DNA of 64,000 nt, taken from NCBI GenBank assembly GCA_963842085.1, contig CAWJET010000001.1, positions 1,088,001-1,152,000 of the forward strand, in the 5' to 3' direction. The notes beneath the pieces were generated by a model. The model was not told the origin of the DNA and did not search any database. It saw only the letters and a list, made by a program, of their open reading frames with translations. This document shows positions 1 to 8,599 of the stretch, one piece after another; the first letter of the stretch is position 1, and each line of letters starts with the position of its first letter. Origin of the DNA: an uncultured delta proteobacterium (lineage in GTDB: Bacteria > Desulfobacterota > Binatia > Binatales > Binataceae). Position numbers and translations under genes: made by a program.

Positions 1-390
1 AACCCAGAGCTTTTGCCATGGACTCAGCGATTCCCGATCGAATATTTCAAGCAATTATTTCGGTTGCGTAATTGGACTTTCGATCCGTCACTCAAAGGCC
101 CGCGCTACGTTGGTAAGTTGAACAATCAACTCATCTATGAGCATCTACCACCAGGTGTCTTGCCGAAACTTCAAGAGAAAAACCCAACTAACGAAAAAGG
201 ACAGCGACGCTGGAGGCATCACCAGCTTCTGACGGCAAACATAGGAAATCCGCATCTTGAAAAGCAGCTCGTGGCGGTCACAACGCTGATGCGTGCGGCT
301 CCGAATTGGGTCGTTTTTGAGCGTATGTTCAAGCGCGCTTTTCCAGATCGACAGGCTGAGCTTGATCTGGTCGATAAGGAACTCGGATGA
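1..390 (+). CDS. P63C domain-containing protein, C-terminal part (5' truncated by window edge)
   Basis: Frame open from base 1 (NPELLPWTQRFP...). Motifs PW.xRFP.EY..Q.FRL..W, G..RR.RHHQ.LT..IG.PHL..QL..V.TLMR match the phage Mx8 p63 C-terminal domain. AT-richer than the host genes. Confidence 0.8.
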   Translation, partial: NPELLPWTQRFPIEYFKQLFRLRNWTFDPSLKGPRYVGKLNNQLIYEHLPPGVLPKLQEKNPTNEKGQRRWRHHQLLTANIGNPHLEKQLVAVTTLMRAAPNWVVFERMFKRAFPDRQAELDLVDKELG

Positions 391-1091
391 ATCTGGAGGC
401 GCGCCAACGCTGGCAAAGTACTATCGCTGACGACTACTACATTTTTTTGGATGAGTCTGGAAACTATAGCTTCGATCCGAAGGGAACCAAGTATTTGATT
501 TATACTGCCGTCTCAGGCGGCAATGTAATCGAAGGCGTTGCTGAGTTGCTTGCTCTCAAGCACTTTGTCATCGCTTGCGGTATTGAACTTGAGTATTTCC
601 ATGCGACTGTCGATAAGCAAGCGGTGCGCAATCTTGTTTTTGAGATTATAGCTCAACTCCCGATCCGCATTGATACAATCGTTGTAGAGAAAGCGAAGGC
701 CGGTCCCAGCATACGACCGATTGAACGTCTTTATCCTAAGGTCTTTGGGACTCTCGTCGGATACTTATTGAACGGGCTCAGTCGGGCGGGTGTTTCGCCG
801 AAGAGAATCCACGTATTTTGCGATGTTCCTGATACCAAAAAGGCCCTGCATGCAGTTGAGAAAGCCGTCAAACAGGCCTTACAACCGATTGCCAACTCTG
901 GTGGCGGATTCAAGTATTACGTTCTCGTTCACGCATCTAAGAGCCATCCTTATCTACAATTCGCGGACTATTGTTGCTGGGCTATGTACCGCAAATATCA
1001 GGGGGCTGACTATCGGTCTTACAAGCTAATCTGGGACTTAGTTGCTAATGAATTTGATATTTTCAATCGCGGTTACAAATACTGGTACTGA
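387..1091 (+). CDS. DUF3800 domain-containing protein (RNase H-like acidic motifs)
   Basis: N-terminal YIFLDESG, internal YFHAT, C-terminal LQFADYCCWA are typical of DUF3800. ATGA overlap with the P63C stop. Confidence 0.85.
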   Translation: MNLEARQRWQSTIADDYYIFLDESGNYSFDPKGTKYLIYTAVSGGNVIEGVAELLALKHFVIACGIELEYFHATVDKQAVRNLVFEIIAQLPIRIDTIVVEKAKAGPSIRPIERLYPKVFGTLVGYLLNGLSRAGVSPKRIHVFCDVPDTKKALHAVEKAVKQALQPIANSGGGFKYYVLVHASKSHPYLQFADYCCWAMYRKYQGADYRSYKLIWDLVANEFDIFNRGYKYWY

Positions 1092-1192
1092 GACAAAACT
1101 GACCCCCCTAGCTATCCCTTTTGGAGAAGAGCCCCATGGGCTCTTGTTACTAGGGGGGTTCCTTTAAAATACTACTTTACTAGTCAGTCTCA
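1089..1192 (+). ncRNA. Candidate DUF3800-associated structured RNA
   Basis: Perfect 10-bp stem 1102-1111/1150-1159 enclosing hairpin AAGAGCCC-CAT-GGGCTCTT (1127-1145). Further complementarity of 1089-1103 with 1183-1192. Lies directly 3' of DUF3800. Strand not established. Confidence 0.55.
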
Positions 1193-1301
1193 AACTGCCA
1201 CCAAAATAGCATAGTCGCCTCCGGCCTGTCACGCGGCCAATTCTACCAATTGTGGGTGCTACCGTAAAGTGGGACATTCCGTTTAATTAAGTGATTTCGC
1301 T

Positions 1302-2111
1302 CTACCGCAACTCTACCGGAGTCTGCCCTTCTATCACCTTCTTCGCGATTATCGCCGCCGTCGACCTCGGCACCAGCCGCGTCGCATTGGCGCGCACCCA
1401 GTTGAACCATCCCGAAATGACGCTCGGCTGCTTCCCGAGCGCATCGAATGCGACCCGCACCACGTTCTCCGCCGGCTCGCCATGATCCTCGCCTACAGCC
1501 TCGCCCGCGACGGATTGGAACTCGGTCTTCGTCGGACCTGGCTCCAACACAACCACGTCGATGCCCGTCCCGCGCAGCTCGCCCCACAACCCCTCGCCGA
1601 AGAGCAGATCGAATCCCTTGGTCGCACTGTAAACCGCATGCAACGGGAGCGGCTGGCGTCCCGCCACCGAGCCCACGATTATCACCGCGCCGCGCCCGCG
1701 CTTGACCATCCCGGGGATGATGCGGCTCGTCAGCACAACAGGCACGACGCAGTTCACGACCACCATCGAGCGCAGCCGCTCCGTCGCGAGCTTGTCGAAA
1801 CGTCCCGCGTAGCCAAACCCCGCATTGTTGACGAGAAATGCGATCGCCAGATCCGCGACGGCGTCGGCCAGCCGATCCGCACCGTCGGGCGCCGCCAAAT
1901 CGACCCCGACCACACGCGTATCAACGCGGTGCTTCTCCTTGAGTTCCGCGGCCAGCGCATTCAACCGATCTTCGCGCCGCGCCGTCAGCACGATCGACAT
2001 GCCCTCGCGCGCGAGCGCTCGCGCAAACTCAAGCCCGATTCCCGCCGACGCGCCCGTCACCAGCGCCCACTCGCCGTACTTCTCACGATATTTGCGCCCA
2101 TTGTCCGCCAT
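1302..2111 (-). CDS. SDR family NAD(P)-dependent oxidoreductase
   Basis: TGASAGIG Rossmann motif, NNAG, catalytic YSATK. Confidence 0.93.
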   Translation of the reverse strand: MADNGRKYREKYGEWALVTGASAGIGLEFARALAREGMSIVLTARREDRLNALAAELKEKHRVDTRVVGVDLAAPDGADRLADAVADLAIAFLVNNAGFGYAGRFDKLATERLRSMVVVNCVVPVVLTSRIIPGMVKRGRGAVIIVGSVAGRQPLPLHAVYSATKGFDLLFGEGLWGELRGTGIDVVVLEPGPTKTEFQSVAGEAVGEDHGEPAENVVRVAFDALGKQPSVISGWFNWVRANATRLVPRSTAAIIAKKVIEGQTPVELR

Positions 2112-2240
2112 GGCAATTCCCTCCAGAAGAACTCTTACTTGACGCGCCCTATCGGTTCTACTCGCATCAAGTGCGAGCAGAAAACCGCAATTTCAGGCAT
2201 TTTTCGCTATCCTCGCCCACGAAAGAGGAGATTCGGCGGC

Positions 2241-2273
2241 TTGACAGACTAGCGAAGAAAAAGCGAAGATAAT
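2241..2273 (+). promoter_or_regulatory. Putative promoter with an 11-bp-period direct repeat (AGCGAAGA x2), operator candidate
   Basis: TTGACA 2241-2246, AGCGAAGA at 2251-2258 and 2262-2269, GATAAT 2268-2273. Confidence 0.4.
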
Positions 2274-3261
2274 GAGCCGTCAGATGAACACCGCCGCCAC
2301 ACTGCCCCTTTATTCGCCGCCGCACGGCGACCTCGACGCCACCCGCGGCGTCGAGTTTATCGAGATGCCCGTGCGCCAGATTCTCAATCGATGCGACAGC
2401 CCGCGCATGCCGTTTCGGTGGACTATCAACCCGTATCGCGGATGCGAGTTCGGATGCGTGTACTGCTACGCGCGCTACACGCACGACTTTCTCGAGCTGC
2501 GCGACCCGATGGACTTCGAGCGCAAGATCTTCGTCAAGCGGATGGCGGCCGAGGTGCTGGCGCGCACGCTTTCGCGCACGCCGATCGGCACCGACGCGAT
2601 CGCCATCGGCACGGCGACCGACCCCTATCAGCCGGCGGAGCGGAAGTATGGGCTGACGCGCTCGATGCTCGAAGTTTTCGCGCAGCTCTCGGGGCTGGAC
2701 CTGTCGATCACGACCAAGTCGAGCCTCGTCGTTCGCGACCTCGAGCTGCTGCGAAAGATCAATCGGCGCTCGAAGCTGTCGGTGAACTTCTCGCTGATAA
2801 CGCTCGATCGCAAGCTGCAAAGAATCCTCGAGCCGCGCGCCCCGCGCCCGGGCCTGCGGCTGCGCGCGCTGTTCGAGCTGGCGCGCTCGGGAATCCGATG
2901 CAACGTGCTGATGATGCCGATGATTCCGGGCCTCACCGACGATCCCGCGGCAATCGAGAACGTGATTCGCGCGGCGCGGCGCGCGGAAGCGTCGGGCGTA
3001 TGGTGGCGTTCGCTGTTTCTGAAACCCGCGGCGGCGCGTCGGTTCATCCCGTTCGTCAAGGAGCGTTTCCCGCAACTGTCCGAGCGCATCGACATGTTCT
3101 ACGGACGCGCCGACTACGCTCCGCCAGCCTACGACGATCGCATCCGCAGGATTTTCGATCGCATCCGCGCCCGCTACGGCTTTCCCACAAGCGACCGCCA
3201 CGCGCCCGCACCAACGCCCGCGTCGCCGCAGCCACCAAAGCAAGCAACATTATCGTTTTAA
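2272..3261 (+). CDS. Radical SAM protein, SplB-like PA0069/Rv2578c family (putative DNA repair)
   Basis: INPYRGCEFGCVYCYAR (CxxxCxxC), GTATDPYQPAE, ITTKS. Start may be 2284. Confidence 0.9.
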   Translation: MSRQMNTAATLPLYSPPHGDLDATRGVEFIEMPVRQILNRCDSPRMPFRWTINPYRGCEFGCVYCYARYTHDFLELRDPMDFERKIFVKRMAAEVLARTLSRTPIGTDAIAIGTATDPYQPAERKYGLTRSMLEVFAQLSGLDLSITTKSSLVVRDLELLRKINRRSKLSVNFSLITLDRKLQRILEPRAPRPGLRLRALFELARSGIRCNVLMMPMIPGLTDDPAAIENVIRAARRAEASGVWWRSLFLKPAAARRFIPFVKERFPQLSERIDMFYGRADYAPPAYDDRIRRIFDRIRARYGFPTSDRHAPAPTPASPQPPKQATLSF

Positions 3262-3286
3262 TACTGGGTCGAGGGCTCAGCCCTCG

Positions 3287-3369
3287 TGCGCGGGGCGGGA
3301 CTTGAACCCGCACGGTATTGCTACCACCAGCCCCTCAAACTGGCGTGTCTGCCATTCCACCACCCGCGC
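3287..3369 (-). tRNA. tRNA-Leu(GAG)
   Basis: Reverse complement GCGCGGGTGGTGGAATGGCAGACACG-CCAGT-TTGAGGG-GCTGG...GGTTCAAGTCC-CGCCCCGCGCA. 7-bp acceptor stem, long variable arm, CCA not encoded. Follows secG like E. coli secG-leuU. Confidence 0.95.
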
Positions 3370-3441
3370 GCATCGTGCATGCCGGCCCGGAGCGAGGAGG
3401 AGGGTCTGTGCGCTCCGGCGCAGCTGCGAACACTGCGGCGA

Positions 3442-3825
3442 TTACTTCGTCGACGACGGCGTCGCGGGGCCGGCGGGATTATGACCGGCTGGGGCGGGCG
3501 CCGCAGGAGCCGCGCTCTTGGGCGCTTGCTTCGACGCCGGCATCACGCTCGACACGGGCGCCGACGAAAACGGCCGGTCGAAGATACTGCCGGTCACGCG
3601 CCGCGCAGAAGCCAACGCCAGGAAGATCGAAGTTGCGAAAAAGATTGTCGCGAGCGCCCAGGTCGTCTTGGTCAGCGCGTTGCCTGCGCCGCTTGCGCCG
3701 AACACGGTCTGGCTCGAACCGCCAAAGACGGCGCCGACCTCCGCGCCCTTGCCCTGCTGCAGCAGGATAATGACGCACATCGCAACGCAGACGATCACGT
3801 GTATCGAAACGACGATTGAAACCAT
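3442..3825 (-). CDS. secG: Preprotein translocase subunit SecG
   Basis: ILLQQGKGAEVGAVFGGSSQTVFGASG, two TM segments, downstream of tpiA. Confidence 0.95.
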   Translation of the reverse strand: MVSIVVSIHVIVCVAMCVIILLQQGKGAEVGAVFGGSSQTVFGASGAGNALTKTTWALATIFFATSIFLALASARRVTGSIFDRPFSSAPVSSVMPASKQAPKSAAPAAPAPAGHNPAGPATPSSTK

Positions 3826-3835
3826 TTTGTCTTCT

Positions 3836-4609
3836 TCAGCGAGTCCGCGCCCTGGCGATGCGCGCGAACGAGTCAGCCTTTAAGCTTGCCCCGCCGACCA
3901 GAGCCCCGTCAATATCGGGCTTGGACACGAGCGAGTCAACATTCCCGGCGGTGACGCTGCCGCCGTAGATGATCCGCACCGCATCCGCGCGTTCGCGGCC
4001 GTATCTTTCGAGCAATGCGCCGCGGATCTGTACGTGGATAGTCTCGACCTGCTCAGGCGTAGCGTTGCGCCCGGTGCCAATCGCCCACACCGGCTCGTAC
4101 GCGATCGCCACTGCGGTCACATGATCGTCGACGACGTTCAGCAGCCCGCGATGGAGCTGGCCCAGCGCTACTTCCGCCGCGCGGCCGCCGTCGTGTTCGT
4201 CCTGGGTTTCACCGACGCACAATATCGGCGTCATCCGATGGTGGAGCGCGGCGAGCACTTTGCGGTTAATCAGCTCGTCGGTTTCATGGAAGATGTGGCG
4301 GCGCTCCGAATGGCCGATGATGACGTGGGTCACGCCGTATGATTTCAGCATCGGCGGCGACACTTCGCCGGTGAACGCGCCTTTGTCCTCGTAGTGCATG
4401 TTTTGAGCGCCCAGCAGGATCGACGAGCCGGCGAGCGCCTGCGCCACGGCCGGGATGAGAATATCGGGCGGCGCGACCATCAGGTCGCGGTCTTTGGCCA
4501 GCGCCGTGGAGTCGCAATCGAGCTCGGCGCGGATACCGGCGATCAGTGCGCGCGCCTCGACCGGCACAAGATTCATCTTCCAGTTCCCGGCGATTAGTTT
4601 CCTGCGCAA
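3836..4609 (-). CDS. tpiA: Triosephosphate isomerase
   Basis: [32 protein letters not shown]. Confidence 0.98.
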   Translation of the reverse strand: MRRKLIAGNWKMNLVPVEARALIAGIRAELDCDSTALAKDRDLMVAPPDILIPAVAQALAGSSILLGAQNMHYEDKGAFTGEVSPPMLKSYGVTHVIIGHSERRHIFHETDELINRKVLAALHHRMTPILCVGETQDEHDGGRAAEVALGQLHRGLLNVVDDHVTAVAIAYEPVWAIGTGRNATPEQVETIHVQIRGALLERYGRERADAVRIIYGGSVTAGNVDSLVSKPDIDGALVGGASLKADSFARIARARTR

Positions 4610-4625
4610 GCGTGGGTCCTTGCTG

Positions 4626-5801
4626 TCAGACTTCGAGCGCCGTCACGCCGGGCAGCTCGCGGCCTTCCAGAAATTCCAACGTGGCGCCGCCTCCGGTCGA
4701 GATATGCGTGAACTTGCTCGCCCACGGCGCATGCGCGAGGGCCGCCGCCGTATCGCCCCCGCCGATTATCGAAATGACGCCCGGCTGATTGGCGAGCGCC
4801 TCGCCGACGCGCATTGTGCCGCCCGCGAACGCCGGGACTTCGAAGAGGCCGAGCGGCCCGTTCCATATGACGGTTTTGGCGCGCGCGATTTCCGCGATAA
4901 ATTCGGCGGCGGTTTGCGGTCCGATGTCGAGTCCCATCATGTCGGACGGAATTTCGGCGACGGTATGAGGCGTCGCGACGGCTTCAGGAGCGGTCGCGAC
5001 GATGTGATCTGACGGCAGGACGATTTTGACGCCTTTGCGCGCGGCCTCGGCGAGTAATTCCTTCGCCAACTCCAGCTTGTCGTCCTCGACGCGCGAGCGG
5101 CCGATCGCGATGCCCTGAGCCTTGAGAAACGTGTACGCCATCGCGCCGCCGATCAGGATCGAATCGACTTTGTTGAGCAGACTTTTGATCAGCCCGATTT
5201 TGTCGGAGACTTTTGCGCCGCCCATTATCGCAACCAACGGCCGCTGCGGGTTCGCCGTGACCTTCCGCAGCGCATCGAGCTCGCGCATCATCAGGAACCC
5301 CGCCGCGCGCTCCGGCAGAAATCGCGTGACCCCAACGGTCGAAGCGTGCGCGCGATGGGCGGTGCCGAAGGCGTCGTTCACGTAGACCTGCTTGTGGCGC
5401 GCGAGCTCGTGCGAGAAGTCGCGATCGTTGGCTTCCTCCTCGCGGTGGAAGCGCAGATTTTCGAGCAGGAGCGCTTCGCCCGGTTTGAGCGCTTCGACCA
5501 TTTTGCCGGTGTGATCGCCGACACAGTCGGGCGCGAGCCTTACCTTCTGCCCGAGCACTTCGGTCAGATACTCGGCGACCGGCTTGAGGCTGAGCTCGGG
5601 CGTGCGCTCCTTGGGACGCCCGAGATGCGAGCAGAGCACGGCCGAGCCGCCGTGCTCGAGGATGTAGCGAATGGTGTCGAGGCTCGCGTCGATGCGCGCC
5701 GGGTCCTGGATTTTTCCCTCGGCGAGCGGCACGTTGAAATCGCATCGCAGGAGCACCTTCTTGTCCGGGAACTGAAGGCGCGTGATCGGCACTATGGGCA
5801 T
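4626..5801 (-). CDS. pgk: Phosphoglycerate kinase
   Basis: [39 protein letters not shown]. Confidence 0.98.
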   Translation of the reverse strand: MPIVPITRLQFPDKKVLLRCDFNVPLAEGKIQDPARIDASLDTIRYILEHGGSAVLCSHLGRPKERTPELSLKPVAEYLTEVLGQKVRLAPDCVGDHTGKMVEALKPGEALLLENLRFHREEEANDRDFSHELARHKQVYVNDAFGTAHRAHASTVGVTRFLPERAAGFLMMRELDALRKVTANPQRPLVAIMGGAKVSDKIGLIKSLLNKVDSILIGGAMAYTFLKAQGIAIGRSRVEDDKLELAKELLAEAARKGVKIVLPSDHIVATAPEAVATPHTVAEIPSDMMGLDIGPQTAAEFIAEIARAKTVIWNGPLGLFEVPAFAGGTMRVGEALANQPGVISIIGGGDTAAALAHAPWASKFTHISTGGGATLEFLEGRELPGVTALEV

Positions 5802-6027
5802 CGCGGGTGCACTCGCTCAGCTCGCGCCGGTACTGGCGCATTTTGAATTCCACCGCACATCGCACCGATTAACTTAACAGGATGCGGAAAAACATGCGAT
5901 CATTGGGAGCCCGCCCGCCGTGCAACCCCTGCACCTTGGTGACCAGTCCCTTCGGCGGCTGTGTAGTGCTTGGCGAGCGCCCAGTGATAGAAGAGGGGCC
6001 TGCCCTTGCCTCAACAGGTCGAAGCGA

Positions 6028-6580
6028 ATGCGCTGCTCGAATTGCAAAACTGAAAATCCACCCGGCAAGAAGTTCTGCGGTGATTGCGGCGCGGCGCTCG
6101 CGAATCTTTGTCCGAAGTGCGGCGCCGATAACCCAGCGGGCAAACGCTTTTGTGGAGAGTGCGGCGCGCCGCTCGGAGCGCCCGCGGCGGCTGCCTCGGC
6201 AAGGAAATCGAATGACTCACAGATTCGAGTAGCGGACACGCCCGCCCCCGAAGATCTCGAGGGCGAGCGCAAGCCGGTCACGACGCTGTTCGCCAACATC
6301 AAGGGCTCGACCGAGTTGGAGCAGGACCTCGATCCTGAAGAAGCACGCGCGATTGTCGATCCGGCATTGAAGCTGATGATCGACGCGGTGCATCGCTACG
6401 ATGGTTACGTCGTGCAATCGACCGGCGACGGCATCTTCGCGCTGTTCGGCGCCCCCGGTCGCTCATGAGGATCATCCGCAGCGGGCACTCTACGCCGCCC
6501 TGCGCATGCAGGAGGAGCTGAAACGCTACTCGGCGCGACTGCGCGAGACCGGCAACCTGCCAATCGAAGCGCGCTCGCGC
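6028..6580 (+). pseudogene. 5' fragment of a double zinc-ribbon / class III adenylate-guanylate cyclase (AAA-TPR type), frameshifted and truncated
   Basis: MRCSNC...FCGDCG...CPKCG...FCGECG, then ERKPVTTLFANIKGST...GDGIFALFGAP. Frameshift in a C run near 6455 continues as PVAHEDHPQRALYAALRMQ. Similarity stops near 6580. Confidence 0.85.
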
Positions 6581-6619
6581 ATAAGACCTAGGCAAAGTCT
6601 TGCGAACTCCGCGCGACGA

Positions 6620-7181
6620 CCAGGGACGGCTCGACGAAGGGGGCGCCGAAGGCAAGCGCGCCGCCGAACTGGACCCGTTGTCACCCCAAATTCCAGTCGA
6701 TGCGGCCTTCGCGTTTGCCTGGAAAGGTGATTATCCGGGGGCCTTGGAGCAGGCCCGCCGCGCCGCGGATCTCGATTCGACTTTCTTCTTTTCTCCATTC
6801 ATGCTCGGGTGGATCGATCTCGAACAAGGCAAAGCCAAAGACGCCATCCCGTATTTGCGTATGTCCGCCTCGATGCAAGCGCCGTCGTTCGCTGCCGCCT
6901 GGCTCGGCTACGCATATGGAGCTTCGGGCGACCGCGCAAACGCGCGCGCGCAGATCGCCGAGCAGAACAAGATGTCTCTGCACGGCTACATTCCGCCCTT
7001 CAATTTGGCGCTAATCTACCTGGGGATGGGCGACAACGCGCGCGCGATGGACTACCTCGAACAAGCATATTCAGCCCACTCGCAATGGCTATGCTGGCTA
7101 AAGATGGATCGAATCTTCGACCCCCTCAGAACAGAGCCCCGCTTTATGGCCTTATTGAAGAAGCTGAATTTCGAAAACTGA
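6620..7181 (+). pseudogene. C-terminal TPR fragment of a TolB-like/TPR signalling protein
   Basis: RAAELDPLS...LGYAYGASG...ALIYLGMGD...[25 protein letters not shown] is a typical C-terminus of that family. No credible start. Confidence 0.7.
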
Positions 7182-7191
7182 ACGGCGATCC

Positions 7192-7290
7192 CGCGCGATG
7201 CTCGCGGAGATCTACGGCTGGTTCACCGAGGGCTTCGACACCGCCGACCTGAAGGACGCGAAGGCGCTGCTCGATGAGCTGAGCGCTTAG
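7192..7290 (+). pseudogene. Extreme C-terminal fragment of a cyclase-AAA-TPR protein
   Basis: Translates [32 protein letters not shown], the hallmark tail of that family. Not in the ORF track. Confidence 0.85.
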
Positions 7291-7293
7291 CGC

Positions 7294-8298
7294 CTACAGC
7301 TTAGCCGCGACGAATGCGGCGATGTCGGCGAGCCGGTTCGAGTAGCCCCATTCGTTGTCGTACCACGAAAATACTTTCACCAGCCGCTTGCCGACGACCT
7401 TGGTCAGCGGCGCGTCGAAGATCGACGAATGCGGGTTGCCGTTGAGGTCGACCGAGACCAGCGGCGCCTCGCTGTATTCGAGAATCCCCTTGAGGGGTCC
7501 GTCGGCGGCGGCCTTCATCGCGGCGTTGACGGATTTCACGTCGGCGTCCTTTTCGACGGTCGCGGTCAGGTCAACGATCGAGACGTTGGCAGTCGGCACT
7601 CGGATCGCGATGCCGTCGAGCTTGCCGTTGAGCGCGGGCAACACCAGGCCGATGGCTTTCGCGGCGCCGGTCGAGGTCGGAATCATCGACATCGCGGCGG
7701 CACGCGCACGCCGCAAATCCCTGTGCGGCCCATCCTGCAGCATCTGATCCGACGTATAGCTGTGCACCGTGGTCATCAGGCCGTGGACTACGCCGAAGCT
7801 CTCGTGCAGAACTTTGCCGATAGGAGCGAGGCAGTTGGTGGTGCATGACGCGTTGGAAATGATGTCGTGCTTTTTTGGTTCGTAGGCATCCTGGTTGACG
7901 CCCATGCATAGTGTGACATCGGCGCCGTCGGCGGGCGCGCTGATGACGACTTTCTTCGCGCCGGCCGACAGATGCATCGCGGCTTTGTCGCGCGCCGTGA
8001 ACAGTCCGGTGGATTCGATGACGACCTGCACGCCGAGCTTGCTCCACGGCAGCTTTGCGGGGTCGCGTTCGGCGAGCACCTGCAACGGCTTGCCGTCAAG
8101 GAAGATGTTGCCGCCTTCGGCTTTGACCTCGTGGCGGAGGGCGCCGTGGATGGAATCGAATTTCAGCAGATGCGCGAGGGTAGGCGCATCGGTGATGTCG
8201 TTGACGGCGACGATTTCGAGGTCTTTTTTGGTCAGCGCCGCGCGCAGGAACATCCTGCCGATTCGGCCGAATCCGTTAATCCCGACTTTTATCGCCAC
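7294..8298 (-). CDS. gap: Type I glyceraldehyde-3-phosphate dehydrogenase
   Basis: GINGFGRIGR, SNASCTTNCLAP, WYDNEWGYS. Confidence 0.98.
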   Translation of the reverse strand: MAIKVGINGFGRIGRMFLRAALTKKDLEIVAVNDITDAPTLAHLLKFDSIHGALRHEVKAEGGNIFLDGKPLQVLAERDPAKLPWSKLGVQVVIESTGLFTARDKAAMHLSAGAKKVVISAPADGADVTLCMGVNQDAYEPKKHDIISNASCTTNCLAPIGKVLHESFGVVHGLMTTVHSYTSDQMLQDGPHRDLRRARAAAMSMIPTSTGAAKAIGLVLPALNGKLDGIAIRVPTANVSIVDLTATVEKDADVKSVNAAMKAAADGPLKGILEYSEAPLVSVDLNGNPHSSIFDAPLTKVVGKRLVKVFSWYDNEWGYSNRLADIAAFVAAKL

Positions 8299-8408
8299 GG
8301 CTCGATTCCTCCCATTACAATTTCACTTAAAAGAGCAGCGACCCGAACCTTAAATAAGTCCGGGTCCGATGTACAGATTCTACGCCGCAGCGGGTCGCGA
8401 ATGCAGGG

Positions 8409-8537
8409 GGGAGAAATGGGAAATCACTTTATTGAATATGAAACCCGCGGTGGGTTTCAGCAGGGGTGACCCCTGCCCAAGGAAGTGTGAAACCCAAGGG
8501 TGGGTTTCACGTTAAATATAGTGTGTTCTCTTCTCTC
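8409..8537 (+). other. Structured intergenic element (long closing stem plus three hairpins); ncRNA or MITE/REP-like
   Basis: Hairpins at 8439-8459, 8460-8476 and 8487-8510, enclosed by imperfect pairing of 8409-8437 with 8511-8537. Confidence 0.5.
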
Positions 8538-8599
8538 ACTGGTTTTGACTCGGCTGATCCCCTTATAATGGTGCGATTCTTGGGTTTCATGGCGGTCTT

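Noticed and set aside
3287-3330. tRNA-Leu 3' end as the attachment site for the left-end island
   Set aside because: I found no duplicated tRNA 3' fragment in 1-1300, and host-like genes lie between the tRNA and the island.
3286-3819. 177-aa plus-strand ORF (MRGAGLEPARYC...)
   Set aside because: It is the antisense reading of tRNA-Leu and secG.
5814-7285. 10-bp inverted repeat CGCTCAGCTC / GAGCTGAGCG bracketing the cyclase mosaic
   Set aside because: It is short and GC-rich, and the right copy is simply the codons for ELS of the family C-terminus. No target duplication was seen.
8545-8569. TTGACT...TATAAT as a canonical tolQ promoter
   Set aside because: The spacer is only 13 nt. The -10 may be real but the pair is not a valid sigma70 promoter.
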